Positions 37,702 through 47,128 of a stretch of DNA of 64,000 nucleotides are shown here, one piece after another. Below the pieces are notes generated by a model. It was not told the origin of the DNA and did no database searches. It saw only the letters and a program-made list of their open reading frames with translations. The position numbers were made by a program, and so were the translations under genes. The DNA lies in contig CBDATA010000001.1 in NCBI GenBank assembly GCA_965199715.1, positions 192,001 to 256,000 of the forward strand, read 5' to 3'. The stretch's first letter is position 1; every line of letters starts with the position of its first letter. The DNA comes from Vicinamibacteria bacterium (lineage in GTDB: Bacteria; Acidobacteriota; Vicinamibacteria; Marinacidobacterales; Marinacidobacteraceae).

Positions 37702-40668
37702 ATGACTCACGAAGCCGAAACCCACGCCCACCCGATTCGCGACGTGCTCGCGGTCCTCCGCCGCCACGGCCGGCTCCCCGACGGCCCGTCCGAGACGCTC
37801 CGTCGGATCGAGTCGCTTCCGGCTTCGGAACACGAGGCGGCGCTCGTCCGGGAAGGATTCGTCTCCGAGGAGGACGTCGCCCAGACGGTCGCCCTCGACG
37901 CCGGCCTGCCCTGCCCGACGATCCACGCGGCGGATCTCAGCCCCGAGGTCGTCACCGGAATCCTGCCGGCGCCCTACGCCCGCAAGAACGCGATCTGCGC
38001 CCTCTCCCGCGACGGGGATCAGGTCACCGTGGCGGTCGCGAACCCCTACCGCCGGGACGCGATCAAGGAGCTCGAGCGCACGCTCGGGATCGAGGTGCGG
38101 GTCGTCGTGGCGACGAGGTCCGAGATCAGCGGGGTCAACGGAAGCCTCTACAACCTGAAGACCTCGCTCGTGGCCGCGGCCACCGAGCTCGAGGACGAGA
38201 GCGCCGGAATCCCCGACGCGCCCGCCGGCTCGTGGGAGCTGGTCTCGGCGGCCGACGACGAATCCGACCTGACGCCCACGACCCGGCCGGTGGTGTCGGC
38301 GCTCGACAGCATCCTGCGCCAGGCGCTGGAGCACCGCGCTTCGGACATCCACATGGAGCCGAAGCGCGACCACGCCGCGGTCCGCTTCCGGGTGGACGGC
38401 GTGCTGCACGACATGCACCGCTTCCCCCGCATCGTCTATCTGGCCGTGGTGAGCCGACTCAAGATGCTGAGCGGGCTCGACATCGCCGAGAAGCGCCGGC
38501 CCCAGGACGGCCGCTTCAAGCGGGTCGAGCCGGACAAGGAGATCGAGTTCCGGGTCTCGACGATGCCGACCGTGTTCGGCGAGAAGGCCGTGCTGCGGAT
38601 CTTCGATCCCGAGGCGGCGGTTGCGACGCTCGACCAGATGCGGCTGCTGCCCGACGAACGGGATCGGCTCGAGACGATTCTCGGGAGGCGCGAGGGCCTC
38701 GCGCTCGTGACCGGACCCACCGGCAGCGGCAAGACGACCACGCTGTACTCGGTCCTGCGGCGGCTCGCCACGCCCGAGGTGAACGTGATCAGCATCGAGG
38801 ACCCAGTGGAGATGGTCCATCCCCAATTGAGCCAGGTGCAGGTCAACCCGAAGATCCGGCTCTCGTTCGCCGCCGCGATCCGCAGCGTCCTCCGGCAGGA
38901 TCCGGACATCGTCATGGTCGGCGAGATCCGCGACGGCGAGACCGCGGAAATGGCGGTCCAGGCGGCCCTGACCGGCCACCTCGTCCTCTCCACCCTGCAT
39001 ACGAACGACGCCGCCTCGACGGCGACGCGCCTCGCCGATTTCGGCGTGCCGCCGTTCCTGATCGCCTCGACGCTGATCGGGGTCGTGGCGCAGCGGCTCG
39101 TCCGCGTCGTCTGCGACCGGTGCGCCGCGCCCGCGGTCGTCGCCCCCGCCGAGGCGCGCCGGCTCGGCGATCCCTCGCTCGCGGGCCGCCGGACGCGCCG
39201 CGGCGCCGGTTGCGCCCGCTGCCGTCAGAGCGGCTACCGGGGCCGGCGCGGGGTCTTCGAGATCCTGCCCATCGACGCGGAGGCGGCGGGCGCCATCGCC
39301 CGCGGCGCGACCGCGGGGGAGATCGCGCGGGGCGCCCGGCGGCGCGGCCTTCCCGGTCTCCGCGAGACCGCGATCCGGCACCTGCTCGCCGGCGAGACCA
39401 CCGCCCTCGAAGTGCTGCGGGTCACCGGCGAAGCCGTCCCGCCCGGATCAGGCGCCGGCGGCCCGGGAGAGAACGAGGATCACGCCCGGGACGACGTAGA
39501 ACACGCCCACCACGTACGCGATGGCGAGCAGGCGGCTACGGACCGCGAGACGGGCGAGCCAGCGGGCGCCGGCGAGCGGAATCCGGCGGACCGCCGGGAT
39601 CGGATACACGATCAGGATGCCGATGAGGTTGAAGAGCAGGTGGACGACCGCGATCTGGAATCCCCAGTGGGCGTTCGGGCCGGAGACCGCGAGCGACGCG
39701 AGGAACGCGGTCAGGGTCGTGCCCACGTTCGCGCCGAGGGTCACCGGGAAGGCGTCCTCCAGCAGCAGCAGCCCGGCGCCGGCGAGGGGCACGAGGGTCG
39801 AGGTCGTGACCGAGCTGGACTGGACCACCATGGTGGCGAGCGCCCCGATGCCCATGGCGACGATCGCGCTCTTGCCGAGGACGCGGTGGACGGACTCGCT
39901 GGCGCCGGAGCCGGTGAGGCCCTTCAGCGTGCGCACGAGGAGCATCAGGCTGACCACGAGGAGCGCCGCGGAGAGCAGCGCGAGCACGCCCCCCGCGGCG
40001 GGACCGGAGCCCGCGACCTGGCGCGCGAACCAGGCGAGCGGCGCGGGGACGAGGGCGATCACGTCCCCGAGCGGATTCGCGAAGGAAGTCCCCGCGCCCA
40101 CGAGTCCGCCGAGGCCGCCCGCGATCGAGCTGGAGAGCCGCGCGAGGAACCCGGTGAAGACCTCCAGCGGAAGCAGGATCAGCACGGCGAGCAGGTTGAA
40201 GACGTCGTGGCAAGTGGCCACCTCGAAGGCCCGGCGGACCGAGTCGGAGTCGTCCACGTCGGCGAGGGCGACGAGCGTGTTCGTGACGGTCGTGCCGACG
40301 TTGGCCCCCATGACCATCGGGATCGCGCTCTCGAACGGGAGCGGGGACGCGGGCGCGGCGACGAGCGCCACGATGAGGGAGCTCGTGACCGAGGAGCTTT
40401 GGACCAGCGTCGTGGCGAGGACTCCGGCGAGGAATCCCGCGACCGGGTTCTCGAAGGCGATGAAGAAAGCGTCGAGAAGGCCGCTGCCGAGTCCCTTGAA
40501 GCCTTCCCCGAGCCCGTCGATCCCCCCGAGAAAGAGGAGGAAGAGGCCCGCTACGGCGAGCGCCCGCAAGCCCTGGCGGCCGGGGAGAGCGGACGGGGAC
40601 AACGCCGGGGGGAGTCGGGTGAGGGGGAACGGCCTCCCGGACCGACGGTCTTCGAGTTCGAGGACTGA
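37702..40668 (+). CDS. GspE/PilB family secretion ATPase; homology ends near 39430 and the frame stays open to 40668
   Basis: ASDIHMEP, RRPQDGR, GPTGSGKTTTLY, IEDPVE, LRQDPD, GEIRD, TGHLVLSTLHTND, CxxC..CxxC, EVLRVT. Confidence 0.88.
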   Translation: MTHEAETHAHPIRDVLAVLRRHGRLPDGPSETLRRIESLPASEHEAALVREGFVSEEDVAQTVALDAGLPCPTIHAADLSPEVVTGILPAPYARKNAICALSRDGDQVTVAVANPYRRDAIKELERTLGIEVRVVVATRSEISGVNGSLYNLKTSLVAAATELEDESAGIPDAPAGSWELVSAADDESDLTPTTRPVVSALDSILRQALEHRASDIHMEPKRDHAAVRFRVDGVLHDMHRFPRIVYLAVVSRLKMLSGLDIAEKRRPQDGRFKRVEPDKEIEFRVSTMPTVFGEKAVLRIFDPEAAVATLDQMRLLPDERDRLETILGRREGLALVTGPTGSGKTTTLYSVLRRLATPEVNVISIEDPVEMVHPQLSQVQVNPKIRLSFAAAIRSVLRQDPDIVMVGEIRDGETAEMAVQAALTGHLVLSTLHTNDAASTATRLADFGVPPFLIASTLIGVVAQRLVRVVCDRCAAPAVVAPAEARRLGDPSLAGRRTRRGAGCARCRQSGYRGRRGVFEILPIDAEAAGAIARGATAGEIARGARRRGLPGLRETAIRHLLAGETTALEVLRVTGEAVPPGSGAGGPGENEDHARDDVEHAHHVRDGEQAATDRETGEPAGAGERNPADRRDRIHDQDADEVEEQVDDRDLESPVGVRAGDRERREERGQGRAHVRAEGHREGVLQQQQPGAGEGHEGRGRDRAGLDHHGGERPDAHGDDRALAEDAVDGLAGAGAGEALQRAHEEHQADHEERRGEQREHAPRGGTGARDLAREPGERRGDEGDHVPERIREGSPRAHESAEAARDRAGEPREEPGEDLQRKQDQHGEQVEDVVASGHLEGPADRVGVVHVGEGDERVRDGRADVGPHDHRDRALERERGRGRGDERHDEGARDRGALDQRRGEDSGEESRDRVLEGDEESVEKAAAESLEAFPEPVDPPEKEEEEARYGERPQALAAGESGRGQRRGESGEGERPPGPTVFEFED
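39448..40602 (-). CDS. Na+/phosphate cotransporter (NptA family)
   Basis: Two QSSSVT repeats, two GANVGTT repeats, HDVFN, HLLFN. Confidence 0.92.
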   Translation of the reverse strand: MSPSALPGRQGLRALAVAGLFLLFLGGIDGLGEGFKGLGSGLLDAFFIAFENPVAGFLAGVLATTLVQSSSVTSSLIVALVAAPASPLPFESAIPMVMGANVGTTVTNTLVALADVDDSDSVRRAFEVATCHDVFNLLAVLILLPLEVFTGFLARLSSSIAGGLGGLVGAGTSFANPLGDVIALVPAPLAWFARQVAGSGPAAGGVLALLSAALLVVSLMLLVRTLKGLTGSGASESVHRVLGKSAIVAMGIGALATMVVQSSSVTTSTLVPLAGAGLLLLEDAFPVTLGANVGTTLTAFLASLAVSGPNAHWGFQIAVVHLLFNLIGILIVYPIPAVRRIPLAGARWLARLAVRSRLLAIAYVVGVFYVVPGVILVLSRAAGA

Positions 40669-40708
40669 CTGCCTGCGGGGGGCGGGATGCTAGCAGTCCC
40701 CCGCGCCC

Positions 40709-42235
40709 TCACTCCCCGTCGGGCATCTCCACGATCGCGAAGCTGCGGGCCCACTCGGCCTGGCCGGTCGGGAACGCGAACCAGACGGCGAAGCTCGCTC
40801 CGGCGGGGATCGGGGCCAGCGCCGCGGCGAGATCCTCCACGCCGCGCACCTGCTCCCCGTTCACTTCCGTGATGACGTAGCCCGGCTCGATTCCGGCGAG
40901 CGCCGCCGCCCCATCTCCCGCGACCCGCCGCACGAGCACGCCCTCGAAGTCGGCGCCGACCTGCCCGGCCAGCCGCGGCGTGAGCGTCTCTCCGGCGATT
41001 CCGAGCCGGCCCCCCGGGTCGGATTGCGGCTCGGCCGGCTCCTCGCCCCCGCCCTGGATCGGCGCCGCCTGCTCGAGATCGCGCCGGGCGAGCACGACCG
41101 GGAGCTCGAGGGTCTCCCCGCCGCGGAGGATCTCGACGCGCGAGGTTTCCCCCGGACGGGCGTCCGCGACCGCGAACTGGAGGTCCCGGCTGTTCTCGAC
41201 GACCCGGTCGTTGAACCGCACGATCACGTCCTGCCGGGCGAGTCCGGCCTTCTCGGCCGGCGAATCCGCCCCGGAGAAATCCACGATGACCGCGCCCCGC
41301 ACGCTCTCGTCGAGGAACAGCGCGCGGGCCACCTCGGCGTCCACCGGGCGCACCGACACGCCGAGCCATCCGCGGGTGACCTCGCCCTCGGTCGCGAGCT
41401 CGTCGTACACCCGCCGGGCGAGATTGGACGGAATGGAGAACCCGATCCCGATGTTGCCGGCGGCGCCGCCCATCTGAGCCAGCGTCTGGATGACCGAGTT
41501 CACCCCCACGAGCTGCCCGTCGAGGTTCACGAGCGGCCCGCCGGAGTTGCCCCGGTTGATCGCGGCGTCGGTCTGGATGAAGTCCTGGTAGTCGCCGCCC
41601 AGCACCCGGCCCTTGGCGCTCACGATGCCGGCCGTGACCGAATGGCTGTTCCCGAGCGGGTTCCCGATCGCGAGCACCCAATCCCCGACGCGAACCTCCT
41701 CGGAGTCGCCGATCGGCAGCCACGGGAAGGCCCGATCCTCGGCCTGGATGCGCAGCACCGCCAGGTCCGTCGGCGGATCGGCGCCCACGACCGTGGCGGT
41801 CCACTCGCTGCCGTCGGCCATGACGACCCGGATCCGCGCCGCGTCCTCGATGACGTGGTTGTTCGTGAGGATCAGCCCCTCGGGGTCCACGATCGCCCCG
41901 GAGCCGCGACCGGCCGACGGCCGCTGGGGACCGCCCCGGAACATCTCGGGAAGATCCGCCGCCGGGCGCGACCGGTGCTCCACTTCCACGCTCACGACCG
42001 CCGGGGTGGCCACCCGCGCCACTTCGGCGAACGCGTCGGAAAGCGTGCGCGCCGCGGCGGTGGCGGCGGGATCGGGAGCCTGCTGCGCCGGCGGCGGGGT
42101 CGGCGGCGAGGTTCGGGGGGGGGCCTCCCGGGGAGCGGCCGGCTCCCGCGCGGGCTCCGCGAACGGCTCGACGAGGCAGCCGCCCGCGAATAGCGCGAGC
42201 GCGAGCGTCGAAAGGGGAACCAGTATGCGGTTCAT
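40709..42235 (-). CDS. HtrA/DegP (Do family) serine protease with two PDZ domains, lipoprotein-like
   Basis: LTNNHV, TDLAVL, IQTDAAINRGNSGGPL, RGWLGV; SD AGGAGG. Confidence 0.93.
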   Translation of the reverse strand: MNRILVPLSTLALALFAGGCLVEPFAEPAREPAAPREAPPRTSPPTPPPAQQAPDPAATAAARTLSDAFAEVARVATPAVVSVEVEHRSRPAADLPEMFRGGPQRPSAGRGSGAIVDPEGLILTNNHVIEDAARIRVVMADGSEWTATVVGADPPTDLAVLRIQAEDRAFPWLPIGDSEEVRVGDWVLAIGNPLGNSHSVTAGIVSAKGRVLGGDYQDFIQTDAAINRGNSGGPLVNLDGQLVGVNSVIQTLAQMGGAAGNIGIGFSIPSNLARRVYDELATEGEVTRGWLGVSVRPVDAEVARALFLDESVRGAVIVDFSGADSPAEKAGLARQDVIVRFNDRVVENSRDLQFAVADARPGETSRVEILRGGETLELPVVLARRDLEQAAPIQGGGEEPAEPQSDPGGRLGIAGETLTPRLAGQVGADFEGVLVRRVAGDGAAALAGIEPGYVITEVNGEQVRGVEDLAAALAPIPAGASFAVWFAFPTGQAEWARSFAIVEMPDGE

Positions 42236-42333
42236 GAAACGAGAGCCTCCTGGGGCGCGGGTTCGCAAGCCTCTCGAATATACCGCGGGGCCGGCGCCGG
42301 AGTCCCCCCCGCCGTCGGCGCACCGATCGCCGG

Positions 42334-42350
42334 CTGGCACAACGATTGCG
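42334..42350 (+). promoter_or_regulatory. Sigma54 (-24/-12) promoter
   Basis: CTGGCACAACGATTGCG is a near-consensus TGGCAC-N5-TTGC, 70 nt upstream of the beta-barrel gene. Confidence 0.7.
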
Positions 42351-42420
42351 GGTGGCAACGCCTCGGAACCGGGTCGGCAAGGCCGACGCAGCGCGCCGCA
42401 CCGGCGAAAGGAACCGCATC

Positions 42421-43224
42421 ATGATCCGACACGGACTGGCCGCGCTCGCGACGAGCGCCCTCGTCGTCGTCGCCGGCCCCGCCGCCGCGGAGCAGCCGGC
42501 GCGCGAAGCGCCGGCGACGGCCCGCGGCGCGGACGAGGCCGTCCAGCCCCCGTACCGGGGCGGCGGACGCCGGGCGCGACGGCAGGCGGCCCCGCGCGTC
42601 TCGACGCCCAGGTGGGGATTCGCGGTGTTCGGCGGCGCGAGCGCCTTCCTGCCCGACGGCGACCTCTGGGCCGACAACGAGTACGACTTCGGCACCGACA
42701 ACGGCGACCTCGCGAGCGGGCGCTTCGGCGTGGACTTCCACTACGCGGTGAACCCGCGCGTAGAGATCCTCGCCGGCTTCGAGGGCGGCGGGACCGACTT
42801 CGTCACCAGCTACATCGACTACGTGTTCGAGGACGGAGACGAGATCGCCCACTACACCGAGTACACGTTCCTGGATTTCACCCTCGGCCTCCGGCTGCGC
42901 CTGCTCCCCGCGGGCGACGGATTCTCGCCGTACGTGTTCGGCGGGGCGATGGGGAGCTTCTACGACTACCGCGAGTCGGGGGACTTCGTGGACTTCGGGA
43001 GCGTCCACCAGGACATCGTGTACGACGCCTACCAGGAGTCCAGCTTCCTGCCCGGGTTCTTCGCGGGAGCCGGAGCGGAGTTCGCCGTCTCTCCCAACGT
43101 CGGCTTCTTCGCCGAGTGGCGCCTGCACCGCGCCGAGGGCGCCCACCAGGACGACTTCGCCGGATACGGAGACTTCGCGGCGCTGCGCAACGGGGGCGTG
43201 GTCGGAGTGCGGCTCCAGTTCTGA
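42421..43224 (+). CDS. Outer-membrane beta-barrel protein
   Basis: Signal peptide, alternating beta-strands, SPYVFGGAMG, C-terminal GVRLQF. Confidence 0.8.
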   Translation: MIRHGLAALATSALVVVAGPAAAEQPAREAPATARGADEAVQPPYRGGGRRARRQAAPRVSTPRWGFAVFGGASAFLPDGDLWADNEYDFGTDNGDLASGRFGVDFHYAVNPRVEILAGFEGGGTDFVTSYIDYVFEDGDEIAHYTEYTFLDFTLGLRLRLLPAGDGFSPYVFGGAMGSFYDYRESGDFVDFGSVHQDIVYDAYQESSFLPGFFAGAGAEFAVSPNVGFFAEWRLHRAEGAHQDDFAGYGDFAALRNGGVVGVRLQF

Positions 43225-43230
43225 CGAAAG

Positions 43231-43264
43231 GGGACGGGCCGCTACCCGGGAAGCGGCCCGTCCC
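43231..43264. terminator. 13-bp hairpin between convergent genes
   Basis: GGGACGGGCCGCT-N8-AGCGGCCCGTCCC. Confidence 0.6.
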
Positions 43265-44051
43265 GGTGCGCCGCGATCAGGTCGAGCAGGCGGCCGTGCA
43301 GCGCCCCGTTCGAGGCGACGATGTGGGGTCCGCCGTTCACGAACGTCTCGCCGTCGAAGTCGGTGACCGTTCCGCCGGCTTCCCGGACCATGAGTTCGCC
43401 CGCCGCGGTGTCCCAGGCGGAGAGCGTCTCCTCCCAGAATCCGTCGAACCGCCCGGCCGCCAGATTGCACAGGTCGAGCGCGGCGGACCCGGCGCGGCGC
43501 ACGCCCCGGGCCTCCCGGATGATCCCGAAGAACAGCCGCAGCGCCCGCTCCATGGCGTCGCGGGCGTAGGGGAACCCGGTCGCGAAGAGCGCCCGGTCGA
43601 GCCGTTCGGCGCTCGAGACGCGGATCGGCTCGCCGTTGAGGCGCGCTCCCTCCCCTTCCTCGGCGGTGAAGAGCTCCTCGCGCGTGGGGTCGAGCACCGC
43701 ACCCGCCCGCACCCGGCGCCCCTCCTCGTAGGCCACCGAAACCGCGAACACCGGAAATCCGTGGCTGAAGTTGGTCGTTCCGTCGAGCGGATCCACGATG
43801 AACCGGCACCCGGACCGCGCGCCCGCGACCTCTCCGCCCTCCTCGGCGAGGATGGGCACGTCCGGCTGCTCGCGCCGGAGCGTCTCGATCACGCGCTCCT
43901 CGGCCGCCCGGTCGACTTCGGTGACCAGGTCGATGCGCCCCTTGTACTCCATCGAGAACGCTCGGGATCCGCGCTGGCCGTGCGCCCGGCGGACGATCTC
44001 CGCCCCGGCGCGGGCGGCGGCGACGCAGGCGCGGCCTTCCGGGGTGCGCAT
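43242..44051 (-). CDS. suhB: Inositol monophosphatase family protein
   Basis: DLVTEVD, VDPLDGTTNFSHG, RRAGSAALDL, WDTAAG. Confidence 0.92.
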   Translation of the reverse strand: MRTPEGRACVAAARAGAEIVRRAHGQRGSRAFSMEYKGRIDLVTEVDRAAEERVIETLRREQPDVPILAEEGGEVAGARSGCRFIVDPLDGTTNFSHGFPVFAVSVAYEEGRRVRAGAVLDPTREELFTAEEGEGARLNGEPIRVSSAERLDRALFATGFPYARDAMERALRLFFGIIREARGVRRAGSAALDLCNLAAGRFDGFWEETLSAWDTAAGELMVREAGGTVTDFDGETFVNGGPHIVASNGALHGRLLDLIAAHRDGPLPG

Positions 44052-44476
44052 CACGCCCGAATTTCGGGCGGGCGCTTGCGCAGCGTCACCCGCGTCCCTC
44101 CGCCCGGAGCGCGATCCCACGCCACGTCGTCCATGAACTGCCGCATGAAGAAAATGCCCCGTCCGCTCTCCTTGAGCAGGTTCTCCGCCTTGAGCGGATC
44201 CGGGACCGAGTCGGCGTCGAACCCCTCGCCCTCGTCCTCGACCAGAACCTCCAGCGGCCCGCCGCCGTCCGAGCCCGCGATCCGCACGCGCAGCCGGCGC
44301 GAGCGTTCGAGGCGGTTCCCGTGCAGCATCCCGTTCGTCACCGCCTCGCGCACCGCCGCCCCCATCCAGTGCGCGGTGTCGGCGTCGTAGCCGCCGTCCT
44401 CGCAGGCGCGGGCGAAGATGGACATCACGAGCTCGACCCACTCGATCCGGGTCTCCAGATCGAGATACGCCCTCAA
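44051..44476 (-). CDS. Anti-sigma factor kinase (RsbW-like HATPase)
   Basis: REAVTNGMLHGN, DEGEGFD, DPL..ENLL..SGRGIFFM..FMD. Confidence 0.88.
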   Translation of the reverse strand: MRAYLDLETRIEWVELVMSIFARACEDGGYDADTAHWMGAAVREAVTNGMLHGNRLERSRRLRVRIAGSDGGGPLEVLVEDEGEGFDADSVPDPLKAENLLKESGRGIFFMRQFMDDVAWDRAPGGGTRVTLRKRPPEIRA

Positions 44477-45978
44477 TCGCGGCCCCCTTCCCCGCCCGCG
44501 ACGACGGCGACCGGCTCCGGCGGGGGCGCCGCGGCCTCGCGCTCCAGCGCGTACGGGCCCTCGGCCGCGTTCAGCGACTCCTCGATCCGGACCTCGCCCG
44601 GGATCGCCTCGCGCAGTTCGGCGAGCGCCGGAGAGGATCGCAGCGCGGCGGCGAGCGTGGGCGTCGCCCGGATCAGGAGGCCGCCCGGCTCCCGCGCGAA
44701 CCGGCGCCGGGCCTCGTTCACGATGTCCCGGCACGCCGCCGGCAGCGAGCGGACTCGCCCCTGCCCCTTGCACTCCGGGCACGGCGCCAGCAGCGAGAAA
44801 TCGAGCGACTCGCGCTCCCGCTTGCGGGTGAGGATCACGAGCCCGGCGAGGGCCTCGGGCGGGCTCACCTTGGTGAGCGCGGGGTCGCGCCTCAGGCGCC
44901 CCTCCAGCGCCCGGTGGACCCGATTCCGGTTGCGGGCCTCCTTCATGTCGATGAAATCGATCACGATGATCCCACCGAGGTCCCGCAGCCGAACCTGCCG
45001 CGCGACTTCGGCCGCCGCCTCGAGGTTCGTCGCCGTGTTCGTGTCCTCCCGGCTGGCCCCGTCCCCGGTGTAGCTGCCGGTGTTCACGTCCACCGCCTTC
45101 AGCGCCTCGGTGTGGTCGATCACGATGGAGCCGCCGGAGGGGAGTCTCACCCGTCGCCGGAGCGCGTTCCGGAACGCGGCCTCGACCCCGTACTCGTCGA
45201 AGATGGGGAAATTGCGCGAGTAGTACCGCACGTTGTGCTCGAGGCCGGGCAGGTACATGCGCACGAAGTTCACGAGCGCGTTGTAGAGCTTCTCGGAGTC
45301 CACCCGGATCGCGCCGAAGCCGGCGAACAGCGCGTCCCGCACGTAGCGGAAGACCATGGACGGCTCGGCCCGGAGGCACGCGGGCGGACCCGAGGCGCCC
45401 TGCCGGCGGATCTCCTCGAAGTCCGCGCCCAGCCGGACGAGGTCGTTGCGAAGCGACTCCTCGTCGCGCTGCTCCGCCGAGGCGCGGGCCATCCACTCGC
45501 CCGGCGGCGCGGCGGCGCCCTGCATGAGCGCCCGCAGCCGCAGGGCCTCGCGTTCCCCCTCGATTTCGCGGGCCACCCGCGCCGCGTCGCGGGAGAAGGG
45601 CCGATAGTCGAAGTAGCGCCCGGTGAGCCGAAGGAAGCCGCTCACCTTGTATCCCTTGTCGCCGAGCGGCTCCCGCGTCACCTGCACCAGAACCGGCTGG
45701 CCGACCTTCAGGACGCCCTCGATCCGGCCGGCGTCGGCGCCGGCCTCCCGTGGCACCTGCCCCGCCTGCAGGTAGCCGTTGCGGGCGAGGCCGAGGTCCA
45801 CGAACGCGGCCTGGGTGGCGGGCACGATCCGCTGCACCCGCCCCCGATACACCCCGTGCAGCGCGTTCGCCCGCTGGGTGGACTCGACCCCCAGCTCGAC
45901 GACCTCCCCGTCCTCGACCAGCGCCATCCGCGTCTCGTCGGGAAGGCTCGCGACGATCAGTTCACGCAACGCGGCCAC
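44473..45978 (-). CDS. Rne/Rng family ribonuclease (RNase G-like)
   Basis: S1 domain (AAFVDLG), LPSGGSIVID.TEAL..VDVNTG, RLRDLGGIIVIDFIDM, CPECKG. Confidence 0.92.
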   Translation of the reverse strand: MAALRELIVASLPDETRMALVEDGEVVELGVESTQRANALHGVYRGRVQRIVPATQAAFVDLGLARNGYLQAGQVPREAGADAGRIEGVLKVGQPVLVQVTREPLGDKGYKVSGFLRLTGRYFDYRPFSRDAARVAREIEGEREALRLRALMQGAAAPPGEWMARASAEQRDEESLRNDLVRLGADFEEIRRQGASGPPACLRAEPSMVFRYVRDALFAGFGAIRVDSEKLYNALVNFVRMYLPGLEHNVRYYSRNFPIFDEYGVEAAFRNALRRRVRLPSGGSIVIDHTEALKAVDVNTGSYTGDGASREDTNTATNLEAAAEVARQVRLRDLGGIIVIDFIDMKEARNRNRVHRALEGRLRRDPALTKVSPPEALAGLVILTRKRERESLDFSLLAPCPECKGQGRVRSLPAACRDIVNEARRRFAREPGGLLIRATPTLAAALRSSPALAELREAIPGEVRIEESLNAAEGPYALEREAAAPPPEPVAVVAGGEGGRD

Positions 45979-46033
45979 GCTTCATGAGTCGGTTCCGAAA
46001 GGTACCACGCAGTTTCGGCGCCTCGTCCCGGGG

Positions 46034-47128
46034 TCAGGACAAGAACGTGTGGCGGCGCACGGCGGCCACGAGCCCGACGGCGGCGCCGCTCACGAGGAGG
46101 GAATTCCCGCCGTAGCTCACGAGCGGCAGCGGGAACCCCTTCACCGGAACCAGCCCGGCCACCATGGCGATGTTGTATCCGGCCTGGAGGAAGAGCATCA
46201 GGAACACGCCGCCGCAGATCATTCCGCCCAGCGTGTCCCGCGCCTGGGCCGCCGCCGCGCCGATGGTCAGGATCGTGTGGCCGAGCCACGCGAAGAGGCC
46301 GATCACGAGGACTACCCCGAGAAAGCCGGCCTCCTCGGCGAGCACCGCGAACACGAAGTCGGTGTGCGGCGCCGGCAGGAATTCGTACCCGGTCTGGGAG
46401 CCCCGCAGCCATCCGGCGCCGGTGAGCTGGCCCGACCCGACCGCGATCGCCGCCTGGACCGACTGGTAGGAGGCTCCGAGCGGATCGCTCTCCGGGTTCA
46501 TGAACGTGAGGATCCGCTGCTTCTGGTAATCCTGCAGGCCGAAGATCCACAGCAGCGGCAGCGAGAGCGCGAGGAGCCCGCCGCCCTGCAGGACGCGTCT
46601 CCACGCCGCGCCGGCGAGAAACACCATGCCGACCGCCACGCCGACAAGAATCGCGGCGCTGCCGAGATCGGGCTGCGTCGCGACGCCCAGCACGAGCGCG
46701 AGGGTGCAGGCGATCCAGGCCGCCGCGGCCTTGGCGTCCAGCCGGTCGCGCGCCGCCTGGCGGAGGAGGTGCGCGAGCAGCAGCACGAGCGCCAGCTTCG
46801 CGAATTCGGCCGGCTGCAGGGTCGCGAGCCCGATGTCCAGCCAGCGCCGCGTGCCGGCGCGCAGCCCGGCCGCGACGGTGGAGAACACGCTGAGCGCGAG
46901 GACCGAAACGAACAGGATGGCCGACAGGCGCGAGAGCCGGCGATAGTCGAGTCGGGAGATGAGCACGCAGGCGGTCGCGGCGATGGCGAACCGGACGAGG
47001 TGGTCGGCGATGGAGATGCCGGCGACGCCCTGAAGGGCGCTCGTGAGGACCGGGAGCGCGACGAGGCTCAGGAGCGCCGCGCTCGCGAGCAGCCCGCCGT
47101 CAGTCTCTTGAAGCCACTTGGCGAACAC
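46034..47128 (-). CDS. rodA: Rod shape-determining protein RodA
   Basis: RRW, QPAEFAK, QPDLG, YQKQRI, HTDFVF, LPLVSYGG; follows mrdA. Confidence 0.93.
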   Translation of the reverse strand: MFAKWLQETDGGLLASAALLSLVALPVLTSALQGVAGISIADHLVRFAIAATACVLISRLDYRRLSRLSAILFVSVLALSVFSTVAAGLRAGTRRWLDIGLATLQPAEFAKLALVLLLAHLLRQAARDRLDAKAAAAWIACTLALVLGVATQPDLGSAAILVGVAVGMVFLAGAAWRRVLQGGGLLALSLPLLWIFGLQDYQKQRILTFMNPESDPLGASYQSVQAAIAVGSGQLTGAGWLRGSQTGYEFLPAPHTDFVFAVLAEEAGFLGVVLVIGLFAWLGHTILTIGAAAAQARDTLGGMICGGVFLMLFLQAGYNIAMVAGLVPVKGFPLPLVSYGGNSLLVSGAAVGLVAAVRRHTFLS

